Assembly (NCBI GenBank): GCA_046049215.1 | Contig: JBJOER010000018.1 | Coordinates: 1 to 61,097 of the forward strand | Source of the DNA: Bacteroidota bacterium | GTDB taxonomy: Bacteria > Bacteroidota > Bacteroidia > AKYH767-A > OLB10 | Length of the DNA stretch: 61,097 nucleotides | Direction: 5' to 3' | Shown: positions 17,584 to 25,731 of the stretch, in pieces | Numbering within the stretch: the first letter of the stretch is position 1 | How the letters are laid out: each line of letters starts with the position of its first letter | Made by a program: the position numbers and the translations under genes | Notes under the pieces: generated by a model | The model's database searches: none | What the model was told of the DNA's origin: nothing | The model's input: only the letters and a program-made list of their open reading frames with translations

Positions 17584-19851
17584 ATGTCACAAAACACCTC
17601 AGTTCCAACGCCTACGGTCATGCAGCGTATCCGCCGCAATTGGCACTTCATCCTCATCGGATTGCTGGTGGCTTCGGCCATAGCACAGGCCATTGTACTG
17701 CTCAGGCCGGTGCATTACCGCGCCACGGCTGCAGTACGTATCGGTGAGCCCCTGGTCCCTTCAGGATCAACTGCCTCTCAAAAGGATATCCAATCCGAAG
17801 TGGAGATCCTTCAGTCGAGAACCCTCGTCGAGCAGGCTCTTTCCGGTTTGGATTTTGGAGTCTCTTATTTCGAATTGAAACCCTACTCCAGGGAGGAAGT
17901 GATTTCCGATGCCCCATTCCGTGTGCAATGGTCTATCACGGCGGATCATTTCCGCAGCCGCGAGTTCACGTTCCGCCATCGCAACAGCCACTCCTATGTA
18001 TTGACATATGCCCTTTCCGGAATGGATGTGGAAAAGAATGTCGAATACGGTCAGGAAGTGGATGAGCACGGACTTCGATTCACGCTGCATAAGAACGAGG
18101 CGGTATGGGAAGCCTACCGCTCCCGTCTGGACAAGACATGGGGATTCCGTTTGGTGGCCCCATCCGAACTGGCCGAGGAGTTCTTGAACGGCAAAATCGA
18201 TGTAGAGGTGACCGATCGCGATGCCAAAGTGGCTCGTATCCACGTCACTCACGAATTGCCGTTGAAGGCCATGCGTTTGGCCAATGCGATTGCCGAGGCC
18301 TATGTGCAATATGGAATTCAATCAAACGAACAAATGGCTGCCAATACCGCCGGCTTCATCGACCGCCAGCTCACTACGGTCAGTACACGACTCGATTCCG
18401 CCCGCAGGGCCATGCAATCGTACCGTGAGGAGCACGCCATCGTTGATCTTCCGCTGGAAACACAAACCGGTTACAAGGCACTGAGTGAACTCGAAATCCG
18501 GAAGACCGATATCGGCATGCAGCTTAATGTTCTGGAAAAGATCAGCGATTACATCCGTCTGGAAAAAGAAGTCAAGATCTCCCTCTCGGAATATGGTAAC
18601 GACCTCGGTCCGTTGTTTTCTGACAATGTCAACCGACTCAACACAGTCATTCGCGATAAATCGCAGGCTCAGGCCAATGGTGAAACAGACACAAAAAGCT
18701 ACGATTCGGAAATCGCCGCGCTTCGTACCACCATTCTCGATCGCATCGGAATGACCCGTCGCCGGCTCATTCTCGAGCAGGATGAACTTGCATCGGCCAT
18801 CGGCCAACAGCGTAGCAATTTCAACGCCCTTCCCAAGAAGGAGACCGACATGCAGGAGCTGGCCCGTAATTACTATCTCAACGAGAAGATTTACAATCAC
18901 CTGTTGGAGAAAAGGACTGAAGCCGTTGTAGGCATGCAGCTTGCCTATGCCGGCGGAAGCATCCTGGAATCGGCCATCCTTCCGCGTGAGAGCGAAAAGC
19001 CGACTTCAGAGAGTATCTGGGCCGCAGCTTTGCTGCTCGGGCTCGTTTGTGGTACAACTGCCGCGGGGATCCGTAATCGTCAGCCTGTAAAGATTGAAGT
19101 TCCCGAAGATCTCTCATGCGACTCGACCATTCCGGTTCTCGGACAGGTGGGCAAGCTGGGTAAGAACGAATCCGCTTACAAGGCGTTCACCGCACTGACC
19201 ACGCGAATTCTCATGAATAGGTCCACCGATCAACCCATGGTCATTACCGTGACCAGCACGCGCAAGGGTGAAGGCAAATCGTTTATAGCCGCGCAGCTTG
19301 CCCGTACACTTGCCGCACAGGATAAAAAAGTGGTTTTGATCGATATGAATACCGTTCAACCCCGCTTGGGCGAGTGGTTCGAAGCTCGACGGACCGAAGG
19401 TATCAGCGATGTGTTCACTCGCCGCATTTCCCTTCAGGACGCCGTCCAGCTCACCGCCATTCCGAACCTTGACCTGATCACCAGTGGAACGGTCGACCAT
19501 CCGATCGGACACCTGACCGCCACCACGCGAACACGAGAGCTCCTCGACGAATTGCGTGGACAGTATGATGCCGTGATTGTGGACACACCCGAAGTCGGTG
19601 AATACATCGATGCAATACCGTTCATGAAATGGAGCGATCTGAATCTCTATGTGGTAAAGGCAGACAGCGGTCGACACGAGCTGGTCGCAAACGCTGAAAT
19701 GGTGAAGGAAGAATACCGCCTTCAGGAAGTGTACTATGTACTGAATTCCATGAAAACAAAACGAAACCATACGGGATATATCGCACCCTTGCCACGGACA
19801 GGTTCCAATGTGCGGCGCATGGCTCCACAGCTGACCAACCTGTTCATGTGA
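17584..19851 (+). CDS. Polysaccharide co-polymerase / Wzc-like (GumC/PCP-2a) protein with C-terminal CpsD-type P-loop ATPase domain
   Basis: An N-terminal TM and Wzz-like region with long coiled-coil segments are followed by a GNVR-like block (SILESAILPRESEKP) and a second TM. The C-terminal domain has Walker A VTSTRKGEGKSF, a Walker A'-like VVLIDMN and Walker B YDAVIVDTPEV. The ATG at 17584 is preferred over the TTG at 17566. Confidence 0.85.
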   Translation: MSQNTSVPTPTVMQRIRRNWHFILIGLLVASAIAQAIVLLRPVHYRATAAVRIGEPLVPSGSTASQKDIQSEVEILQSRTLVEQALSGLDFGVSYFELKPYSREEVISDAPFRVQWSITADHFRSREFTFRHRNSHSYVLTYALSGMDVEKNVEYGQEVDEHGLRFTLHKNEAVWEAYRSRLDKTWGFRLVAPSELAEEFLNGKIDVEVTDRDAKVARIHVTHELPLKAMRLANAIAEAYVQYGIQSNEQMAANTAGFIDRQLTTVSTRLDSARRAMQSYREEHAIVDLPLETQTGYKALSELEIRKTDIGMQLNVLEKISDYIRLEKEVKISLSEYGNDLGPLFSDNVNRLNTVIRDKSQAQANGETDTKSYDSEIAALRTTILDRIGMTRRRLILEQDELASAIGQQRSNFNALPKKETDMQELARNYYLNEKIYNHLLEKRTEAVVGMQLAYAGGSILESAILPRESEKPTSESIWAAALLLGLVCGTTAAGIRNRQPVKIEVPEDLSCDSTIPVLGQVGKLGKNESAYKAFTALTTRILMNRSTDQPMVITVTSTRKGEGKSFIAAQLARTLAAQDKKVVLIDMNTVQPRLGEWFEARRTEGISDVFTRRISLQDAVQLTAIPNLDLITSGTVDHPIGHLTATTRTRELLDELRGQYDAVIVDTPEVGEYIDAIPFMKWSDLNLYVVKADSGRHELVANAEMVKEEYRLQEVYYVLNSMKTKRNHTGYIAPLPRTGSNVRRMAPQLTNLFM

Positions 19852-19870
19852 TCCGGTTTCATCAATCTCC

Positions 19871-20632
19871 TTGACACTTATGCACGCTTCCTTTTACAGA
19901 TACGATTTCACCCCCTTGAGTATTCCGCGGTCATCGGCCAGGGTGCGTGGTTACTATCGACAGAAAACCGATTGTTCGGGTTTGCACATTTCATCCGCAC
20001 GCATAGCCGTTGTGCTCCTGAGGTATGCCTCTCAACACTATTCGATCAGCAGTGATAGAATGTGCGTCAGCGATACGGCCGCCTGGAATACCATCAGCAG
20101 GCATATCGACCGGATGAGCGTTGAGCGCCCATTCATTCGAAAAGAAGGAAAAGAGGAAAGCCTGCGTCTGCTGCGCCTGCTTAAACGGATCCGAAACCTG
20201 ATCCCACTGGATCAGGTGATCTGGGCCTCCGTGAACCAGGGACAAATCACGCCCTGGAACCGGTATTACGAAGAAACCAGATTGTATTTCCAGGATTGGG
20301 AGCTGGCTCGGAACGGTGTTCCTGTTTTTTTTGATGTGTACCACCACGTATTCTGTCAATGCATACTGCAGGACAAGAACGATTTCAAATCCGTCCTCAT
20401 TCAACTTGAAGGCCTTGAGTCACAAACGATATTCCGCAATCTCCGTCAGCGTTTCAAGGTGGACACTGCTTTGCATTTCAACTTATACATCCTTTTCTCC
20501 GCGGCTTGCTTCCTGAGAAAGGATTTTCACGATCGCGACAAATCACCACAACACAGGCGACTGTTGAAAGCCTGGATCTCCGCATGTGATGAAATCCTTG
20601 CTCGTACCGGAAAACAACAGGATCACGGATGA
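19871..20632 (+). CDS. Hypothetical protein (no recognised family); N-terminal boundary uncertain
   Basis: The ORF is co-directional and its stop overlaps the next start (ATGA at 20629-20632). The C-terminal ~170 aa look protein-like (LRLLRLLKRIRNLIPLDQ.., VFFDVYHHVF.., LLKAWISACDEIL). The first ~80 aa are of poor quality, so alternative starts are 19880, ~20060 or 20114. Confidence 0.5.
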   Translation: MTLMHASFYRYDFTPLSIPRSSARVRGYYRQKTDCSGLHISSARIAVVLLRYASQHYSISSDRMCVSDTAAWNTISRHIDRMSVERPFIRKEGKEESLRLLRLLKRIRNLIPLDQVIWASVNQGQITPWNRYYEETRLYFQDWELARNGVPVFFDVYHHVFCQCILQDKNDFKSVLIQLEGLESQTIFRNLRQRFKVDTALHFNLYILFSAACFLRKDFHDRDKSPQHRRLLKAWISACDEILARTGKQQDHG

Positions 20633-21345
20633 TGGAAAGCGGTTACATAGAACGATGCCTGAAACGGTTGACACGGGTCCGCTACGCGATTCATCATCAT
20701 GATCGTGGCTTATCCGAGACCATCACTTCCGGAGGCGTGCTTCATTTGATTGCCGACAGACAGAACCGTGATCGCATATTGGATGCCTTCCTCAAGGATT
20801 CCGAAACCGTTTCGGCCGATGTGCGCAAACGGAATTTCAGGACGGAAATCCTCATAAGATGTACTCAGGGTGAAAAGGTAAGGCTGCGGTTGGTGCACCG
20901 GCTCGATTTCATGGGATTGGTTTATCTGGACTTGCATGAAATGCTCCGTGACTGCACCATCGATTCCGATGGAATCAAATGGCTTTCCCCTCCTTGCCAT
21001 TTCGAGGAGGTGATACTTTACCACAGGGTCAGGGTTGAAACGTTGCCCGACCGGTTTCGACAGTATTTCTCCGGCCTTGACGAGGAGACCCGCAATGCGA
21101 TTTTCCGTCACATGACCGGTAAATACCGTGTGAATATCAATGTGATTGAAGACTTGTATAAGCACCACAGTCGTTTTACACGGAAAATCCTTCACATCGC
21201 CGAATCCAGGCCGGAAAACAAAGGCTGGCTACTGTTAAGAAACAAATTGTGTCTGCTGACCGATCGCTGGAAATCATCCCTGCAGAAGTTCGGACTGCAT
21301 ACTTACGATTACACACTTCAACCCTCCCCCATCCGTAAGAACTGA
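20629..21345 (+). CDS. Hypothetical protein; weak resemblance to the uncharacterised nucleotidyltransferase (NTP_transf_5-like) fold with the acidic catalytic motif not conserved
   Basis: There is a 4-nt ATGA overlap with the upstream ORF and a 5-nt gap to the downstream glycosyltransferase. The pattern GGVLHLIADRQNRDRILDAFL .. VRLRLVHRLDF .. IKWLSPPCHFEEVILYH resembles GDxDLLV..DLH..vLspedlllh as recalled from memory. This is not verifiable here. Confidence 0.55.
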   Translation: MMESGYIERCLKRLTRVRYAIHHHDRGLSETITSGGVLHLIADRQNRDRILDAFLKDSETVSADVRKRNFRTEILIRCTQGEKVRLRLVHRLDFMGLVYLDLHEMLRDCTIDSDGIKWLSPPCHFEEVILYHRVRVETLPDRFRQYFSGLDEETRNAIFRHMTGKYRVNINVIEDLYKHHSRFTRKILHIAESRPENKGWLLLRNKLCLLTDRWKSSLQKFGLHTYDYTLQPSPIRKN

Positions 21346-21350
21346 TCGTC

Positions 21351-22613
21351 ATGTCACAAGATCCTGAAGCAAACCGTCCCAGTATTCTCCTTAGCGCTTA
21401 TTCGCTGGATCCATTCGACAAGGAGCAAGGCTCCAATGACTGGAAACTCCTCGGGCAAATCGCCCGCTTCAACTCGGTACATGTCGTGACCCGGTCATCG
21501 ATGCAGGCCCGCATCGATGATTACCTGCGCAAGCATCCGAAAGACGGTATGGCTTCGGTCCGGTTCCTTTACTTCGATGGTGGTCGAGTTCAAGATAAAG
21601 CTGATGCCTCCGGTTCGGTTTTGAAAAAGCAACTCTGGCATTACAGATTGCCTGACTTCATCCGGAAAACGAATATAGAATTCGATATAGTTCATCACCT
21701 CGGTCCGAGATCAGGTTGGGTGCCCAGCTATTTGTGGAAACTCGGTAAGCCCCTGGTGTTAGGGCCAATTGGGAAACAACCCCGTGTGCCGCGTAATTAT
21801 CTGGTTCACACACATGGATGGTCGACGTACTTACGTCACGAATTGCGCTGGCAGATCAAAGCGTTGATCCGTAAAAGCGATTTCCTGTTCACCCGCAACC
21901 TGAATCATGCACAAGCCCTGATTACAACTGGAGATGCGGTGCTAAACCAGCAGGTCGGTTCAGGGATCTTTACAATCAAGATGCCTGTATCCGGAGGATA
22001 CGAATCGTATCCGGTGGCTAGCCGTTATTCCAAAGGAAGCGACTTCACCGTTCTGGCTGCAGGAACATTACTGCCCGAGAACGGGTTCGATCTGGCTATC
22101 CGTTCCTTCGCACGGTTCTATCATCCTTTACCCATTGAGGAGAAGAAGCGCTGTCGGCTGGTCATTGCCGGTGATGGACCCGACGCGGGCCATCTCCACC
22201 GATTGGTCGCTGAAATGGAACTGCAAGGTTCGGTGAACTTTATACCATGGATGCATTCTGCAGACATGCATGCCCTGATGGGAGTTTCGGATATTTTCCT
22301 GTATGCGGGAATGCAGGGTCGCTGCGACAGGCTTGCGGATGCATTTTCACTGGGGTTGCCAGTGGTTTGCTTCAAGGGCGGCATCTGCGGAGACCATGTG
22401 AACAGGGATTGTGGTATCACGGTCCCCCACGGACGCTTCGACGGTACGATCACCAGGTTTGCAGAAGCCATCCGACTATTACATGGTAATCCTGTCCTCT
22501 ACCATAAATTATCATCGGGAGCACGAAAGGTTTTTGCCGACGAGTTCTCCTGGGAGGCGAAAGGCGTGCGTATTCAAAAATTGTACGACAGGCTTTTACA
22601 GACCGCTGCCTGA
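21351..22613 (+). CDS. Glycosyltransferase, GT4 family (GT-B fold, group 1)
   Basis: The C-terminal Glycos_transf_1 pattern reads FTVLAAGTLLPENGFDLAIRSF..RLVIAGDGPDAGHLHRLV..GSVNFIPWM..ADMHALMGVSDIFLYAG..GLPVVCF. Confidence 0.85.
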   Translation: MSQDPEANRPSILLSAYSLDPFDKEQGSNDWKLLGQIARFNSVHVVTRSSMQARIDDYLRKHPKDGMASVRFLYFDGGRVQDKADASGSVLKKQLWHYRLPDFIRKTNIEFDIVHHLGPRSGWVPSYLWKLGKPLVLGPIGKQPRVPRNYLVHTHGWSTYLRHELRWQIKALIRKSDFLFTRNLNHAQALITTGDAVLNQQVGSGIFTIKMPVSGGYESYPVASRYSKGSDFTVLAAGTLLPENGFDLAIRSFARFYHPLPIEEKKRCRLVIAGDGPDAGHLHRLVAEMELQGSVNFIPWMHSADMHALMGVSDIFLYAGMQGRCDRLADAFSLGLPVVCFKGGICGDHVNRDCGITVPHGRFDGTITRFAEAIRLLHGNPVLYHKLSSGARKVFADEFSWEAKGVRIQKLYDRLLQTAA

Positions 22614-22763
22614 GTTTTCCGATTGCAATGGTTGATCAGAACCAATGGAATTTGATGTAATGTTTTTGTGTTTTTTGTCAAACCTGATACGCCATCTTCC
22701 GTATAACCCTGCAGCAGGAAGCACCTTCGATGACTTCGGCTCCTGCATAATGCAAGGAATGGA

Positions 22764-25730
22764 ATGAGCAGAAAACGGGTTTTAGCATTCAAAGCCATCG
22801 CGATGATCGCATTCGGATTATCCGTGAAGGTCATGCAGGCACAGCAGGTGATGACCGTTGCAGGCGTACCGGGGATGTCCGGCAATAACGATGGGGCAGG
22901 TTCGGTCAGCCGTTTCAATGAACCGGTTTCAGTGGCAACTGACAAGCATGGGAACTTCTATGTAGCCGATAAGTTCAACAACAAGATCCGTAAAGTCACA
23001 GCAGGCGGCAACACCACCACTTTTGCGGGGACAGGTGTTACCGGCAGCACCGATGGTGCAGGTTCTGTGGCGACTTTCAACGAGCCCTGGGGAATTGCAT
23101 GCGATACGCTCGGCAATGTGTACGTGGCGGATACCAAAAACTACAAGATACGGCGCGTTGACGTCAACGGTGTAGTGACAACCGTTGCCGGAGTCGGCTT
23201 ATTCGGTACCACGAACGGTCCCGTTTCGACCGCGCGGTTTGGTTTTCCGGTATCCCTTGCCGTTAGTCCTGATGGAAGTGTCATCTATGTATCAGAATAC
23301 CAGACCCATGTTATACGTAAAATCCAAAACGGTCAGGTATATACGATAGCAGGAGCGGTTTATATGCCGGGCTCCAATGACGGTTCGATGTTCGCGGCTT
23401 CCTTCACCAATCCCCACGGACTGGCCATGGCCTCGAACGGGGATGTGCTGATTGCAGACGAGGGTAACAGCAAGATTCGACGAATGACTCCCACAGGCTC
23501 CGTCACCACGATTTCGGGAACAGGAATTCCCGGAAGCAACGACGGACCGAATGGAATAGCTCAATTCAACTTCCCGACTGATATCACATTGGATTCCTTT
23601 GGAAATGCATTCATTACCGATGCAGGCAATCAGACCGTTCGCAAGCTCGAACTGGCGTCCGGCATGGTTTCCTCCTATGCCGGATCCGCCGGTGTTTCCG
23701 GATATCAGGATGGCGTGGGTAGCGCAGCTTTATTTCAGGCGCCATCGGGGATTGCATTCAACAAGGTTGATCGGACACTGATCGTCGGTGAAAGGCTGAA
23801 TCATACATTGAGAAGGATATCTCCTTTGTCTTCATTGGCGGTTGTTCTGGCGGTGAACGGAAGCGCTACTGTTTGTCAAGGACAAGCAGTCCAACTACAG
23901 GTCAACTCGTCGGGTCTTTCGCAATTCACAGTGTCTGTGAACGGCACTCCGCAGTCCGGATCGGTAGGTCAAACATTCGCATTGAATGCTCTCCCATCGG
24001 GCATCCATACCATTCAAGTAACTGCAATTGACGCAAACGGAGCGACGGCAGCATCCAACACGGTTCAGGTCACCGTCCTACCCGCTTTTGTTCCTCAGGT
24101 CACCGGCGTGAACGGTCAGGCGTTTTGTCCCGGCGACACATTGATTCTTGTTGCAACAGCCGGCATATCCTACCAGTGGTCTAACGGTGAAACGGGTTCG
24201 CAGATCGGGGTGACACAGCCCGGGTCGTATACAGTTACTGTAACCAATGCGGATGGTTGCACAGGCGCATCGGCCCCATTCAATGCCACCACCCATCCCG
24301 TACCATCGGTACAGATCATTGCAGCGGCTGACAGTGTCTGCCCGGGGGCAGTTACTACCCTCAGCGCTTCGTCGGCCAACTCATGGTCGTGGTCCGAGGG
24401 ATCCTCAACCCAGTCGGTTCAGGTTCCGGTCGGGACCTATCAGGTGACCATCACTACATCGGATGGATGCAGCGCAGTATCGCAACCATTCGTTGTGTAT
24501 GAATACGAAATCAATTCTCCAGTAATCCAGCCGGCCGATCCGGTCTATTTTTTCCAGGGTGATTCGGTGGAATTGTATGCCACCGGACTTCCCCAATACC
24601 AATGGAGTACAGGTGTGACTACATCTTTCGTCTGGATCACAGCACCTGGAATCATTACAGTGACCGGAACGACCTACGCGGGCTGTTCCGCCGGAATCGA
24701 TTCGGTAGAAGTACTGTCGATTGGACCATCTGACCTCATCCAGGCACAAGGTAGTTTGTATTTCTGCAGCGGCGATTCGGTGGTGCTTTCCACCTTTTTC
24801 TCCAACAATGTACAATGGTACTATGAGGGCCAGGCCATTGCCGGCGAAACCGGATCCAACTACTCGGTTTTTCAATCGGGGTGGTATCATGTGGCGGTGA
24901 ATTACCAGGGCGCCTGGTACAGTTCCGATTCCGTGTTGGTGACGGTTCATCCCAGGCCAGATGCCCCTGCCGGTATCGATACCGTATTCTGTGCAGGAAC
25001 GGATTTCACGCTGATGACTCAATCCATAGCAGGTGTCAATTACCATTGGTACGATACAGAAAATGGCGGAACCCCGATACAGTCTGGTCTAGTATTCAGT
25101 GGAAGCGGGCAGGTTGATCCGATGAATTTATACCTGGAAGCAGAAAATGCATGGGGATGTGTCAGCCCAACACGCGCACTCGTGAACATTTTGTTTGAGG
25201 AAATCCCTGTGGCATCCTTCAGCCATTCGGTGAATGAAAACGGAACAGGTCATACCATGAAACTCACCGCTGTTGGTAATTCTAACGACACATTCAATTG
25301 GATGGTGGTCGATCCGCAAGGTCAGCTTCAGACTTTCAGCGGTATGCAAGTACTATCAAATACGATTCAGACCGGATTTCATCACATCGTTCTCACTGTG
25401 ACAACAGCTGCAGGTTGCAGCGATTCAGTACAGAAGACCATCTTGATCGGAACTATACCCGCACCGTTCATTCCGACCACATTCACCCCTAACGGCGATG
25501 GCAAGAACGATTTCTTCCGTGTTCGGGGCGAACAACTCCTTGTTGAGGAAATGCGGATATACGACCAATGGGGTTCACTTGTATTCCAGAACAATGGATC
25601 CAATGCTGTTTGGGATGGGATGTCTGATGGACGCCCTGCGCCCAATGCGACCTACCTCTACCAGATCCGAATCACAGATCCGTTGAACACTTCCCGGCAA
25701 TTGACAGGCCCGGTCACACTCATCCGATAA
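22764..25730 (+). CDS. NHL-repeat beta-propeller / Ig-like-repeat surface protein with type-B T9SS C-terminal sorting domain
   Basis: A signal peptide is followed by about 6 NHL-type blades (FNEPVSVATDKHGNFYVADKFNNKIRKV.., FNEPWGIACDTLGNVYVADTKNYKIRRV.., etc.). Then come multiple Cys-framed Ig-like modules (CPGDTLILVA..YQWSNGETGS..YTVTVTNADGC) and a PKD-like unit. The terminal FIPTTFTPNGDGKNDFFRV..IYDQWGSLVF..WDG..ATYLYQIRI..GPVTLIR matches the type-B domain. Confidence 0.85.
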   Translation: MSRKRVLAFKAIAMIAFGLSVKVMQAQQVMTVAGVPGMSGNNDGAGSVSRFNEPVSVATDKHGNFYVADKFNNKIRKVTAGGNTTTFAGTGVTGSTDGAGSVATFNEPWGIACDTLGNVYVADTKNYKIRRVDVNGVVTTVAGVGLFGTTNGPVSTARFGFPVSLAVSPDGSVIYVSEYQTHVIRKIQNGQVYTIAGAVYMPGSNDGSMFAASFTNPHGLAMASNGDVLIADEGNSKIRRMTPTGSVTTISGTGIPGSNDGPNGIAQFNFPTDITLDSFGNAFITDAGNQTVRKLELASGMVSSYAGSAGVSGYQDGVGSAALFQAPSGIAFNKVDRTLIVGERLNHTLRRISPLSSLAVVLAVNGSATVCQGQAVQLQVNSSGLSQFTVSVNGTPQSGSVGQTFALNALPSGIHTIQVTAIDANGATAASNTVQVTVLPAFVPQVTGVNGQAFCPGDTLILVATAGISYQWSNGETGSQIGVTQPGSYTVTVTNADGCTGASAPFNATTHPVPSVQIIAAADSVCPGAVTTLSASSANSWSWSEGSSTQSVQVPVGTYQVTITTSDGCSAVSQPFVVYEYEINSPVIQPADPVYFFQGDSVELYATGLPQYQWSTGVTTSFVWITAPGIITVTGTTYAGCSAGIDSVEVLSIGPSDLIQAQGSLYFCSGDSVVLSTFFSNNVQWYYEGQAIAGETGSNYSVFQSGWYHVAVNYQGAWYSSDSVLVTVHPRPDAPAGIDTVFCAGTDFTLMTQSIAGVNYHWYDTENGGTPIQSGLVFSGSGQVDPMNLYLEAENAWGCVSPTRALVNILFEEIPVASFSHSVNENGTGHTMKLTAVGNSNDTFNWMVVDPQGQLQTFSGMQVLSNTIQTGFHHIVLTVTTAAGCSDSVQKTILIGTIPAPFIPTTFTPNGDGKNDFFRVRGEQLLVEEMRIYDQWGSLVFQNNGSNAVWDGMSDGRPAPNATYLYQIRITDPLNTSRQLTGPVTLIR

Positions 25731-25731
25731 C

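Noticed and set aside
19114-19770. Long antisense or alternative-frame ORFs inside confirmed genes, for example 19114-19770(-), 17767-18900(-), 35622-36497(+), 43973-44918(-), 48888-49613(-), 50213-50902(-), 52834-53481(-) and 59409-60140(-).
   Set aside because: Each lies wholly within a gene that has strong family motifs on the other strand or frame. Their translations are Arg/Gly/Pro/His-rich with no motifs, which is typical of shadow ORFs in moderately GC-rich DNA.
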